Positions 24,568 through 37,200 of a stretch of DNA of 64,000 bases are shown piece by piece. The notes beneath the pieces were generated by a model, which was not told the origin of the DNA, made no database searches, and saw only the letters and a list, made by a program, of their open reading frames with translations. The stretch's first letter is position 1. Each line of letters starts with the position of its first letter. Location: IMG/VR virus record IMGVR_UViG_3300032246_003079. The stretch is one strand, 5' to 3'. Made by a program: the position numbers and the translations under genes. This DNA is from a virus.

Positions 24568-27500
24568 ATGGATAGTCCACTTTCATTTAACTCTTCTGAA
24601 AACTTTAGAAAAAGATTATTAACACGAAATCTTAAACCATATCGTGTTGACGGCACATCTTTTGGAGAATCTTTTCAAAACAAAGAATTTCAAATTGTAG
24701 ATTATTCAGTAAAAGACTCTGAAGAAATTTCTAAAATTGGTGACATACAGGAAAAAGATTTATATAAACAAAATAAATATGGTCCTGATAATAGTAACTC
24801 CACCTACGGAGATATGGTCAATATTAATGTTAATCTTAATGTTGAAACTAATTTTGGTTTATATGGTTTTAAAAACTCTATTAACTCTAAGTTAGAAAAA
24901 ATTGGAGACGGACAAGAAAAATTATTGTATGTTAATAACATTTACGGACCAACAGAATTTGCAACGTCATATGGTAATACCATAGAAATTAACAAAAATT
25001 TACAAACAGAAACAAATAAAGGTAAATATGGTTACCCTTTAACCGTTGGTAGTGATTTAGAAAAAATTGGTGATACAAAAGAAAAAGAATTAATTGTAAC
25101 AAACCTTTATAAACCACTTAACACAAATAACCGTGGTTTTGGTGATACTGTATGGTACATTAATAATAATCAAACAATTCAATCAAGAGGAGAGGGTGAA
25201 TATAGTATCTCGGACACAATAAATAGTTTTTTAGATAGTATAGGAAACCAACAAGAAATTTTATCTAAAGTAAGAAATGCATATAAAAATTCTGCTATTA
25301 ATGGTTTTGGTACACCTGTTTATTCAATTAATGATTTAAAACCTTTTGTAACAAATGGACAAGGTGAATATACTATCGCCGATACAATCAACAGTTTTTT
25401 AAATTCTATTGGTAATCAACAAGAAATTGCGTTAAAAGTATTAAACGTTTATAAAAATACTAATAATAATGGTTTTGGAACACCTGTTTATAGTATTCAA
25501 AATAACCAAGTTATTCAAACTGTAGGTGCGGGAGAGTACAATATTTCTGATACTGTAAACAATAGATTAGAAACAAACGGTAATGATAGGGAAGTTATTT
25601 TAAGAGTTTTAAATAAATATACACCCGATGCGTCTACCCCTGGGTACGGAGCAACAAAATATTCAATTAATAATATATTATCTTTGGGTTCAAATGAAGG
25701 TGAATATGGTTTCCCCGATACAATAAATAGCGAATTAGAAATTGAAGGTGAAACTGACAGACCTATCTTATTTGCTATAAATCAATATGGACCTCAAAAT
25801 CAACCAACGGACTCAGTAGACATAAATAAAAATTTCCAATCAAATCCTAATGAAGGTGAATATGGTTTTCCTGATACAGAAAATAGCCAGTTAGAAATTA
25901 AAGGTGAAACCGATAGACCCATATTATTTGCTATAAATCAATATGGTCCCGAACAAGGACAATCACAAACTACTGTAGTTCCAAATTTAAATTTACAAAC
26001 AAATGCCAACGAAGGTAACTACGGTTTTCCCGATACAATAAATAGCGAATTAGAAATTGAAGGTGAAACTGACAGACCTATCTTATTTGCTATAAATCAA
26101 TATGGACCTCAAAATCAACCAACAGATTCAGTTGATATAAATAAAAATTTGGGTAAATTGTCAAATGAAGGCGAATATGGTTTTCCCGATACTAAAGGTA
26201 GTGAACTAGAAGTTATTGGATTTCAAAAAGAACAAGAGGCTTATATTAAAAATAAATATGTAACAGGTGATGGAGACTACGACGTAATAACAATTGAGGA
26301 AATTATACCAACAAGTTATGGAAGTGCATATGCATATTCATTAACACCTTTAAATTTTATACCTTCGACCTATAGACCCATTAATATATTATTAAGTGAT
26401 AACCCAAGAGGTTCTGATGGTACTTTGTCACAAGATTCCGCTTTAGCGGGAATTGGTGCAAGACAATTAAAAAAAGAATATAAGTATCGAATCGCAAGTG
26501 AGTTGGTGTCTCAAACTTTAGGTAGAGTTAATGTGCTTGACTCATCGGTTGACCCTGATAGTGGTGAAATATCAGTAAAACCAAAACTTAACCCATTTAA
26601 TGCTGCAGGAATAATATCAGGAAATATTCCGTTATTAGCTAGAAATTATACAATTACATCACCTGAATCATTAGTTGGAAGAGCGTTGAATTTCACAGCT
26701 AAAATAGCAGGATTATATTCACCGTATTCCATTATAGTTGGAGAATATTTTGACTACCCAAATAAACGTATGTTAAATAGACTTGTTAAAAACCCTGTTG
26801 AAGTTGTGACAAGTACTGTTATGGGAGCAATTAGAACAATAACAGGTCAAAAAAACAAAAGAGGGTCTGAACTTTTTTTAGCCAACACATCTAACGCAAC
26901 AAGAAGTTTATTATTTGGTCAATTATTTTATAATAATTTTAGACCCGACTATAGAGGACTTACGTTAAGAAGACCTTCGTTATTTGCACCTAAACCAAAT
27001 TTTTATGGTGGAGGTAATTCTGATGATATATTTTCTACTTTAATATCTCCAGTTAATGCTCAACCTTTAGATAAAAACGGAGAACCTAGTGGTGCACCTG
27101 TTTACTCAGTGGGTGAAATAGGAAAGTATTTTGAAGGTGAATCTTTTCAAAATTATAAATTTGGACTTAATTCTAGAAATTATATAGATGGTACGACACC
27201 TTTAGCGGGTGGATTTACATGGTCTTCTAAAAAGTCATACTTTAAAACAGCACAATTAGCGGGACCTGAAGGGAAACAAAGATTTGGAGAAAGTAGTGTA
27301 TTTACAAAAAATTATGAATCAGGGTTTAAAGATACTGAGTCTTGGAAAATAGAAGAAAACAATGTATGGAGAGACGGTTCAATTTTAGATACAACTCAAA
27401 AAATTGTTGATTCTGCAGACAGGTCAGGAATTAAAAAATTAGAACACGTTGGTACTGCGATAAATCAAATATCTAAAGTTTTTAACGATGGATATGTTGA

Positions 27501-30500
27501 AATGACAAAAGGTTCTCGAGTTATTAGATATACTTCAAAAAACTCAGTAGGTAGTACAGAAAGTACAGTAAAAGGATATGAATATTGTAGATTATTCACA
27601 AAAGATGTTCCTTTTACAAATTATTCACAACTACAAAAAACGGATGGTAATATTAGAAATTATACCTATTCAGTTTTAGATAATACATATAACCTTAATA
27701 TTGTACCATTTAATGATAAAAATGGACAATCGTCAAATATTATTAATGGTCAGGTTAAAAAATATATGCTTTCGTTAGAAAATTTGGCTTGGAGAACATC
27801 AAACAAACCTGGATTTACCGTACAAGATTTACCGTCTTGTGAAAGGGGTCCTAATGGTGGTAGAATTATGTGGTTTCCTCCATATAACTTGACATTTAGT
27901 GAAGACACAAAACCCGACTTCAGTAATACAAATTTCATAGGTAGACCAGAACCAATATACACATATAATAATACTGAAAGAACTGGACAAATATCTTTTG
28001 ACATTATTGTTGACCACCCTTCCATCTCAAACATTTTAGTGGACCAAGAGTTGAAAGACGTTAAACCTGAGTCAGAATTGAAAAAAGTTATGGATTCATT
28101 TTTTGCTGGATGTTTAAAATATGACATTTATACATTGGGACAAAGATTTGCTTCCTTAGCTCCACAAGATATTCAAACCGCTATTCAACTAATAAAATAT
28201 CCTGAACAAGCAACAACTATTATAAAAGAAACACCTGACCCCGAACCTGTAAAAGAAGAAGTTGTAAAAACAACACCACCAGAAACTGAAACAAAAATTT
28301 CAGACCCCAAGTTTCAAGAAATATTTTTGTTTTTTGAAAATGCTCAACCTAACGATTCAAGTGGCCCAACAACAACTAAAGATTTTGAATATTGGTATAA
28401 TGAATATGCGTCAAATAAAACATTGTACGATACAACAAAACCACTTAATAAAGTTTTCAAATATAGTGACGCAAATAAAGTGGCTCTTAACACAACAACA
28501 ACCCCTACTTTTTCATTAACCGAATATGTTGACACAAGAAAACAAACCCTTAGTGGATTTTTTGATAATATATTACAAGAGTTTAATGATTTAAAAGAGT
28601 TTTTAAGCGAAGTATTTAAAGTTTTAGACTCAGGAGGAGAAGTTACTTTTGACTTATTAGCGACTGCCAGCTCAACAAACACTAGTGGTAATCAAAATTT
28701 ATCTGAAAGAAGAAACGATTCGGTTTTAAAGTTTATCGAAAAGTTTACAGTAAATAATAAAACTTTAAAATCATTTATAGATTCAGGAAAATTAAAAATT
28801 ATTAAAAAGGCGACAGGTTCAAGTGCCGCGATTCAAGACCCAAAATATTCACAAATTGATTGTACAAAACCTTTTAAATCACAATACGAAGAAGGTGTTT
28901 ATTCTGTACAAGCAATGGCGTGTAGAAGAGTAAAAATTGAAAAAATTGTATATAAACCAGGACCGCCTGCAAAGTCAGAAACTCCTCCGGCACAAGTTGA
29001 AAGTGCAGCGCCAACCCCTACAGCGGCAGAAAACACGGCACCAAAACCAACACCACAAAACCAAGTAATTGACAACTTCAAACAAACACCACAATATAAA
29101 GATTTGGCAAAAAAAATATTAAGAAGATTACTAACAGAGTGTAATTATTTTCAAATGGTTAAAGAGACAAATCCATTTATTTATGACACAATTAGAAGTA
29201 AGTTTCAGTATTTTAATCCTGTTTTTCACTCTATTACTCCTGAAGGTCTAAACTCAAGATTAACCTTTTTACAACAATGTGTAAGACCAGGAGATACAAT
29301 TCCAACTGTTTCACAAAATGCTGCGGGAACATATAGTTTAGATTATAATGATGCCTTCAACAGTGCATTTGGAGCTCCTCCTGTTTTGGTATTAAGAATT
29401 GGTGATTTTTTTCACACTAAAATAATACCTGATAGGTTAGATATAAAATATGAACTTAATTCAAATATACCGTTAGATTTGAATCCTGAAGGAATAGGTG
29501 TTCAACCTATGTTCGCAAGTATAACATTAGGATTTAAAATGATAGGTGGTCACGGTTTAGCGGGTCCGATTGCCGAACTTCAAAATGCCCTTTCATTTAA
29601 TTATTATGCAAATACTGAAATGTATGATGAAAGGGCGACAATAACTGAAGATGTAACATCACAATATGATGCAGAATATTTTGAAGCTTTGAAAATAAAC
29701 CCATTGACAAGACCACAGCAAAACCAACAGAACAAAATTGGAACTACAATTGGAAAACAAGAATCATCTAAATATGATACAACATTAAGTGGATTCACAG
29801 GTGTTTTATCATATAAAGAAAATATGAAAAATTTTATAGACATAACTAAAGAATATGCAAATAGTGTTTTTCAAAATTTAAAAAATATAAATGATAAGTT
29901 ATTAATTGGAGGAATTTTGATTTTTACAAAAGATAGAAAATATCAAACGGGATATTTTAATAACATTAACCAACCACAAACTAACTTAGTAAAAATATTT
30001 GGAAAAAGTCAGTATGAAGAAAAGGTTGATGCGTTGTTTTCTAAGGCAAAAGAAGATGTAGAGAATGAAACAAGTCCGATATTGGCTAGTTTACCTCTAC
30101 AGAATTTTACAAATATATCCACAAGAAAAATTAAAAGAAAACTTAAAGATATGATAGATAGTCGACAGTCAACCTACCTATCCACTATAACTGAGGCATC
30201 TAACAACATTGTAAAAAATCAAGTTGATGAAACTAAAACAATTGATTTACTAGACCAATTAAATTATGTGTGTAATTCTTTTGATGGATATTCTAACGAT
30301 AAAAATGAAGTAATTGTTTTTTCTTTGACAGGGACTTCTGCAGTTGACCCATCTAATACGACATACGCAAATACTTTGGATGAGTTAAAAGGAGACTTAT
30401 TAATTATTGGTTCTAAAATGAGTGGATTTAATAACAACTTAGAAACATATAGTTTAATTCCAACTGCTCAAGATGAAGTTTATAACGATGAGTTTGATTT

Positions 30501-30957
30501 TAATACCTTTATAGATTCGGACCCAGACGCAATAAGTCCTGAAGAAAATAGATTTTTTATGATATTTGGTAAAGAAATTATTGATGACTATACTAAATTT
30601 TTGAATGAAGTCGTCGATACAATTTCAAACAATGAAAGAAAAACTGACTGGTTTAATTATCTTAAAGGTAATTTAGGATTTACAAATACAGGTCAAGAAA
30701 AACCAACAGGACCTTACGCAAAATATAAAGATTCAAAGGCTTTTGTTGACGCAAGATTTAAAAGTTTTGAAGATAATTTTTTAAGTAAAGAATTTTGTTC
30801 AACATGTAGTTATAATTTAAATAAAGATAAGGAAAGAAAACTGAATTTTTCTCAAGTATTATTTCCTGCTCAAACAGAAATTGACAACATGAAAGCTCTA
30901 AACGCATCAACTAATTCTACAGGTGATGAATATAACTTAAAAGTTTCATTCGACTAA
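24568..30957 (+). CDS. Giant baseplate / tube-initiator protein (N-terminal repeats, two tube-like domains, OmpA-like insert)
   Basis: 2129 aa; WFPPY.L.FSE...FIGRPEPIYTY..TER and PPVLVLRIGDF...LDLNPEGIGVQP are tube-initiator-like; N..LSERR..SV is OmpA-like. Confidence 0.6.
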   Translation: MDSPLSFNSSENFRKRLLTRNLKPYRVDGTSFGESFQNKEFQIVDYSVKDSEEISKIGDIQEKDLYKQNKYGPDNSNSTYGDMVNINVNLNVETNFGLYGFKNSINSKLEKIGDGQEKLLYVNNIYGPTEFATSYGNTIEINKNLQTETNKGKYGYPLTVGSDLEKIGDTKEKELIVTNLYKPLNTNNRGFGDTVWYINNNQTIQSRGEGEYSISDTINSFLDSIGNQQEILSKVRNAYKNSAINGFGTPVYSINDLKPFVTNGQGEYTIADTINSFLNSIGNQQEIALKVLNVYKNTNNNGFGTPVYSIQNNQVIQTVGAGEYNISDTVNNRLETNGNDREVILRVLNKYTPDASTPGYGATKYSINNILSLGSNEGEYGFPDTINSELEIEGETDRPILFAINQYGPQNQPTDSVDINKNFQSNPNEGEYGFPDTENSQLEIKGETDRPILFAINQYGPEQGQSQTTVVPNLNLQTNANEGNYGFPDTINSELEIEGETDRPILFAINQYGPQNQPTDSVDINKNLGKLSNEGEYGFPDTKGSELEVIGFQKEQEAYIKNKYVTGDGDYDVITIEEIIPTSYGSAYAYSLTPLNFIPSTYRPINILLSDNPRGSDGTLSQDSALAGIGARQLKKEYKYRIASELVSQTLGRVNVLDSSVDPDSGEISVKPKLNPFNAAGIISGNIPLLARNYTITSPESLVGRALNFTAKIAGLYSPYSIIVGEYFDYPNKRMLNRLVKNPVEVVTSTVMGAIRTITGQKNKRGSELFLANTSNATRSLLFGQLFYNNFRPDYRGLTLRRPSLFAPKPNFYGGGNSDDIFSTLISPVNAQPLDKNGEPSGAPVYSVGEIGKYFEGESFQNYKFGLNSRNYIDGTTPLAGGFTWSSKKSYFKTAQLAGPEGKQRFGESSVFTKNYESGFKDTESWKIEENNVWRDGSILDTTQKIVDSADRSGIKKLEHVGTAINQISKVFNDGYVEMTKGSRVIRYTSKNSVGSTESTVKGYEYCRLFTKDVPFTNYSQLQKTDGNIRNYTYSVLDNTYNLNIVPFNDKNGQSSNIINGQVKKYMLSLENLAWRTSNKPGFTVQDLPSCERGPNGGRIMWFPPYNLTFSEDTKPDFSNTNFIGRPEPIYTYNNTERTGQISFDIIVDHPSISNILVDQELKDVKPESELKKVMDSFFAGCLKYDIYTLGQRFASLAPQDIQTAIQLIKYPEQATTIIKETPDPEPVKEEVVKTTPPETETKISDPKFQEIFLFFENAQPNDSSGPTTTKDFEYWYNEYASNKTLYDTTKPLNKVFKYSDANKVALNTTTTPTFSLTEYVDTRKQTLSGFFDNILQEFNDLKEFLSEVFKVLDSGGEVTFDLLATASSTNTSGNQNLSERRNDSVLKFIEKFTVNNKTLKSFIDSGKLKIIKKATGSSAAIQDPKYSQIDCTKPFKSQYEEGVYSVQAMACRRVKIEKIVYKPGPPAKSETPPAQVESAAPTPTAAENTAPKPTPQNQVIDNFKQTPQYKDLAKKILRRLLTECNYFQMVKETNPFIYDTIRSKFQYFNPVFHSITPEGLNSRLTFLQQCVRPGDTIPTVSQNAAGTYSLDYNDAFNSAFGAPPVLVLRIGDFFHTKIIPDRLDIKYELNSNIPLDLNPEGIGVQPMFASITLGFKMIGGHGLAGPIAELQNALSFNYYANTEMYDERATITEDVTSQYDAEYFEALKINPLTRPQQNQQNKIGTTIGKQESSKYDTTLSGFTGVLSYKENMKNFIDITKEYANSVFQNLKNINDKLLIGGILIFTKDRKYQTGYFNNINQPQTNLVKIFGKSQYEEKVDALFSKAKEDVENETSPILASLPLQNFTNISTRKIKRKLKDMIDSRQSTYLSTITEASNNIVKNQVDETKTIDLLDQLNYVCNSFDGYSNDKNEVIVFSLTGTSAVDPSNTTYANTLDELKGDLLIIGSKMSGFNNNLETYSLIPTAQDEVYNDEFDFNTFIDSDPDAISPEENRFFMIFGKEIIDDYTKFLNEVVDTISNNERKTDWFNYLKGNLGFTNTGQEKPTGPYAKYKDSKAFVDARFKSFEDNFLSKEFCSTCSYNLNKDKERKLNFSQVLFPAQTEIDNMKALNASTNSTGDEYNLKVSFD
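24690..26280 (+). repeat. About 10 degenerate 52-65-aa coding repeats, including a perfect 95-bp duplication (25714-25808 = 26029-26123)
   Basis: Recurrent N-x-GEYG-x-x-DT-x-NS-x-LE-x-x-G...N-x-YGP; the 95-bp identity was read directly, offset 315 bp. Confidence 0.85.
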
Positions 30958-30958
30958 T

Positions 30959-31276
30959 ATGCAATACTACAACAGATACCAAAATTTTTTAATTAACGGT
31001 CAACAGACGGTAGTTCCATTTGTTAATCTACCCGTCAGAGCGTCAGACCAAAGATACATTTACACAAAAAATAAAAGTAGATTAGATAAAATAAGTTATG
31101 AAAAATATGGAACACCATATTTTGGTTGGTTAATATTAACAGCAAATCCAATATATGGCGGTTTAGAAACAAATATTCCTGACGGTGCGGTATTAATAAT
31201 ACCATTCCCATTAATAAGTGCTCTACAAGGCTACAAAAATGCATTAGATACACATATTTTTTATTATGGCCGTTAA
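30959..31276 (+). CDS. Baseplate wedge LysM-like protein (gp53 / P2 gpX-like)
   Basis: RLDKISYEKYGTPYFGWLILTANP...IPDGAVLIIP. Confidence 0.75.
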   Translation: MQYYNRYQNFLINGQQTVVPFVNLPVRASDQRYIYTKNKSRLDKISYEKYGTPYFGWLILTANPIYGGLETNIPDGAVLIIPFPLISALQGYKNALDTHIFYYGR

Positions 31277-34200
31277 TGACCCAACAAAATTCAGACAGAT
31301 ATATAACAAAGAAAATAAAATTTTAGTCGAAGCCGACTACGATAATATTATTTTAATTGACCCTAACAAAGTTGTCGATGCAGACAATAATGTTAAAGAT
31401 AGATACGTTCAACAAGAAAACCTTGTTTTTTATGCAAATTTAGAAACACAAATTATACCAAGAACAAAATTGGCAATTGGAGATAGTTTTGATAATCCTG
31501 TTTATAATTCACAAATTGCATCCTTATCTACTTTCCCTGAAGATTTGAAACTTAATTTTTTAAGACCCAAAGGTAAAAAGGCATTTGACACAAGTTGGTC
31601 AGATGAATATACTGGTAGAGGTATTAGACAAGGTCAAGGAATTAATCAAAATTCTGAATACCAAATTAATCAAGATGGGAATACTGTTTTTAAACAAAAA
31701 GTTTTAAACTATGAAGACACTCAAACTTTAGGTATTACAGATATAAAAGTTGACGTAACACCGGCTAATGTTACAAACGTAGAAATAACAATGGAAGATA
31801 TTAGAGGTCGAGCATTATTTGAACAAGGAGACAATTCAATATATTCTGTTTTTTTTAACTTACCATACCCTCCGTTTTTTTTAACCTTGAAAGGATATTA
31901 TGGAAAAGCAATTAGGTATCAATTAAGTCTAACGGATTTTAATGCGAGTTTTGATGCATCAAAAGGTAATTTTAAAATTACTCTTAAACTTTTAAGTAGA
32001 AATAGTGCGATACTTGCCGATAGTATAATAGGATATGCTAGAAACTCACCAAAAATGTTTCAAACAGAAACAGTAGTCACTCAAAGTACTTCAAACTCCT
32101 CAAATAATGGTGTAAATACAAACAATTCAACCACTGTTGTTGAATCAGTTGGATTACAAAAAATGAGAGAAGCTTATTCTATTTATAAAAGTAAGGGGTT
32201 AATTACCCCCGATTTCCCTGAAATAACTTTAGAGGAATTTATTGCTAGAATAGAAAACCTACCCACCGCATTATCGGGAGCACTAAAAAAGGCGGATTTT
32301 ACAGTAATGAATGATGTTGCCGATTTTCAGACAAACTTAAATAAATTAAGAAACGAAGTCTATGCTAACTCAATAACTGACTTTTTAGATGCATCAGAAA
32401 AATTATACAAAGGACAAATTTATTACCCATATAAAGAAAACATTTCATTTGCAGATAGGGCAAAATATAAACAACGCGTTGAAACCGCAATAAATAACTA
32501 TGTCACTTTATTAAAAAATAACAAAAGTTTTGGAACGGGAGGACAATATAAATTACCTAATAAGGGAAATATACCTGGTGAAATACCGATTAAATTTTCA
32601 ATTAATGATATTTTTGAAGAGATAGATTATAATACATTAACAGACGCAGACTTTAAAGAAACATATGTTGTTAATTTTGGCACTAATCCAACAGACAACC
32701 AATTAAATAAATTTATTGCCGACTTTAAAAGTCTTAATCCAAATTTTTTACTTGACACAACAACCAACAATGTGGTTAATGATTTTCCCCAATATTACAA
32801 ATTTGGTGATAAAGTTGGAAGTTCTAACAATTATATTGCAAATAGTTTTTTAGATAAGATTCAAAAAATTAATGATGAGTTAAATAAAAAAAATGCAGAA
32901 ATAGAAAAGTCTCTCACTCAGTTTTTAAGTGACCAAATAGTAAATGGACCAAATGTTTTAGGGTTTATACCAACTATAAGAAACGTTATGGCGGTCTTAT
33001 TTGCCGGATTAGATGGGTTTTATAGACTTATGGAAGACACCCATATAAGCGCATGGAATCAAAGAACAAACCCAATAAGGTTAGAATCAATTATACCGGC
33101 ATCAAAAAATTTTGGAGTAGATTCTAAAAATTTGGTAAACGGCACAAACCAACTTAACGATTTAAATGTGGTTTATCCTTGGCCACAATATTTTTTAAAA
33201 GAAGCTCAAAAAGATGGTTCAGAGTTATACGTTATAAAATACCCTGGTGACAGTTCAGTTATAAACACAACAAAAGGTTTTGATAGTGTTGTATGGCCCG
33301 AAGTTGCGTTTACTGAAGAATACCTTAATGCGATAGTACAAAAAACAACACCAAAATCTGCAAATGTATATAATAATCCGGCATCGTTAAGTAAAGTTTT
33401 ATCAATAAATGCGGTAGAATTTCCATTTAAAACAACACCATACGTAAATACTCAAGAACAAAATTATTTATATGAAATTTTTGAAAGAAGTTATTTAGGT
33501 GCGTATTACGCTAAATTAAATAGAAATGGATATAATCAAGAACAAATACCTGTTTTCTTAGGAAATTTAGAGGCTGAAAATATAAAACAAACTGTACAAA
33601 GTAATTTGGCACTCACTAAAATTCTAAAAGAATTTTCATTTACCTACGCCAATTTTTTACAAACATTAAGAAAAATTTCAAATAATGGTACTGGTACAAG
33701 ATGGACACTTTATTCTGACTCAGTTTTTACCACAGAGTACATAAAAAATTTATTAGAATTAAATGATGGAACACAAAATGTTGATGTTTATAATGACGTT
33801 TATAGTATTGACACATTGTCCAATTCATCAATTGCTATAGACGGAAATGTACCATTACCCGATTCAATCAAAAATTTTATAAACGGTACTCCGGCCACCG
33901 ACACTTATTTTTTAGACAATTATCCAATAACTAATATTAATTGGTTAAAGTCAAATTTACAAGGTGGTGATAGTATTTCATCAATAAATGACTTTAATAA
34001 AACATCAACTTATGTTTATTTAGATGAGAAAAAAACAATAGCAAGGGTAAATGAAACAGAAAACACTAAAAATATTAATGCTTTTGTTTCTAAGTATGAG
34101 TTTAAAAATTTTACACAACCTTTCATGACAAACTTGAATACAAGTGTACCGGTAAACTCACAAACTTCTTTGAGTAATTTTTATTCAACAAGAAAAGAAA

Positions 34201-37200
34201 AAGACTTATATTTTACCGAAAGTATTTTTGATTATGGAAATGAATATAGTGGTCAAGTAGCAACAAAAATACAAACAACATCATTATTGAATACTCCTTA
34301 TTTTGTTAATGCTTTAGTTCAAGGAGTTGAAAACCAAAAAACAAACGTTTCAGACCCTTACGCAGCGTTAGGTTATTTGTATTTAAATTCATTACCTTTA
34401 ATTACCACAAGAGAAAAAATTAAAAGTTTTGATGACACAAGTTCTGTTGCAACAGATTTAGATTATTTGGCGTCAACCTTTAACAAGTTTTCATCAATTC
34501 ACCGATTACCATATGCATGGGTTTTAAAATATGGAAGTATATGGCATAGGTACAAAAAATTCATTCAAACAGGAAATGACATATTAGATAATACAATTTG
34601 GACCGATTTTGATTATTTAAAAAGTTATGACACAACAGGGACAACACCTAATGCGAATAGTAAATTAATTTTTCCATCATATACTGGAGGAACAACTCAA
34701 GTGGAAATTAAATTACAAAGTACAACAACACTAATACCAAATATTAATCAAACAATGGATAATGTCACTTTAGGGGTATATCCTAAAGTAATTAATAATG
34801 TTTATCGATTTTTCTTTAACAAAGATTTAACCATTTTAAACACGCCAACTTATCAGTCTTTTTTAGATGCCTATAATACCGTTGGTTTAAAAATAGGTAC
34901 AAATTCAACTTCAGGAAAATTCTACAATTTTGGATTTGATTTACAAAATCCAAACAGAGCGTTTGTGAACAAAAATTACTACGCCTATTTTGATAATCCC
35001 GAAAGCAATCAAAAGTTTTTGTTAATCCCATCAACTGGAGGAATCAACATAAACCAAATGAATTTCGAATGTTTTGACGCAACAAATAAAATTAAAGAAG
35101 AAGTTTTTAATAACAAGGCGGTTTATAATGGAAGTGTTAGACCACTTTGGGGTGTATCACAGTTTGGTTATTTTAAAAATTCTTTAATTAAAAAACCAGC
35201 ATTTAATGAATATTTAAAAGTTGTTTACACAAACAACAGTAAAAATTTAAGTTTCGAATTAAAAAATGCGCAATCAACATATTCTAATATAGAAGAAATA
35301 TTTGCGGTATTTGAGCCGGAAATTTTAGACAAGTTTGAAAATTTATTCTTAAACTTTTGTAACCCAACACCGGCAGTATCTGATTTAATTTTAAATGAAG
35401 AACAAACAAATTCTAGCTATACTAATCCCGGTTCAGTTAGAAATGTTACAGAAAAACGACTTTTCAATCAAATGGAATCGTTATTTATGGTTCCAAAAAA
35501 TAGTGTGACATTACTAAACGATGAATCACAAGATGGTTTACTTTTGGCTGAAAAACAAATATCTAACTTTTTTCCAAAAGTTGTAGATTTTTTAAATTTT
35601 GAGTGTGTTCTTAAAATGGGTAATTCCGGTAATTTTAAACGAAGGGTTTTTAACTATATAAGTAACAATCCTACATTCCAACCCTTAAACCCTTTAACTC
35701 TTAATCCATATATACCTGGGTCATTACCGGGTGATGGGACAGTCGGTTCACCTACATTAGCAATAAGTATTGCAAACAATCGAGATGCGTGGAACGCTCT
35801 TAGAAAATATGTGGGAGTTTTTAACCAAACACCATTTCAATATACAAATACAGGAAGTGTAATTACAGATTTTTTTACTGCGAATAATGGAATGGATATT
35901 GAGTTTACGGAGGCGAACGTTGAAGCGTTATTTCCGCTAATTAGATTATTTGCAAAACAAAAGGCTGAAGATGGAACTTTAAATAAATTAAAGTTCCAAC
36001 AAGCAATTAATAATTTTTTATTACAACAACAAAATTTTAATTCGGAGAATTTAACACAAACTTTCAGTAAATTAAATGTGGACTTACCTACAACAACAAC
36101 TAATGCGACAACTATCAAAAATGCAACTTCAGGTAATGTTAATAAGTTAGAAACATATTCCATTTTAAAAACAATGAATGATAAATGGATTTCAGGTACT
36201 GATTTTTTAAATAAAACAATATTTGAAGATTTTTTATTTCAAGATAAGGCGGGTAGAGATATTGGTGATGAGTTTACTATCGACTTAGAAAAAATTAAAG
36301 GTTATTTAAAATCAAACGACAACCAAAATTATTTATCATTAATATCTCAAATATGTTCGCAAAACAATATGATTTTCTTTGCTTTACCAGCATACGTTAA
36401 TTTTTACGGTATACAGCAGGCGGTCGCAAAAAGTACACCATTACCTGTTGATGCAACTGAAACATTGTTTGGCACCTTTTTAGATGTTGATTATTTAAAA
36501 GCGTCCCCAAAATTTTTATTACTGTATACGGGTAAACCGTCAGAGTTTGTTGCAAGCAATTCTTCATTTTCAAAGTTTGCAAGTGATACATTTGATATAA
36601 GAAAATCTTCAGACAATCCATTAAGAGTACCATCTAATCCCGAAGATGACTACTCCAAAAAAAATAGAGTAGTAGGTTTTAGCGTTGATTACGGAACTCA
36701 AAACCAAAGTATTTTTAAAAGTGTTTCGATAGATATGTCTGAAAAGAAAAACACTGCAGAATCAAATAAAATGTTTGCACAACTAGGTTCATCTGTGTCA
36801 GGAGACAAAGTGGCTCAACAATCCGTTTCACTTTATAGTATATATAAAAGTAGAAGTTATAATGTTAGTATTGAAATGATGGGTAACGCCATGATGCAAC
36901 CGACCATGTATTTTAACTTAAGACATGTACCATTATTCTATGGTCCGTATATGGTTTTATTTGTAAAACACGACATTAGTCAGATTAAATTTTCCACAAC
37001 GATTTCAGGACCAAGAATATCAAGATATAGTTTACCACAACCAAATAGTCTATTAGATACTGTCAATCAAAATTATATAAACGCATATAAAGAATTAATA
37101 TTAAAAGAAGTTAAAACAACAGAACCAATAACAAATGTGAACACACAACAAGGAACGGTACAACCTGGTGCGTTACAAAGCCCTGAAAATATTTGTCTTT

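Noticed and set aside
25714-26123. 95-bp direct repeat considered as a DGR template/variable repeat pair or a CRISPR array
   Set aside because: The copies are identical (no adenine-specific mismatches), in-frame within a protein repeat array, with no reverse transcriptase or spacer structure.
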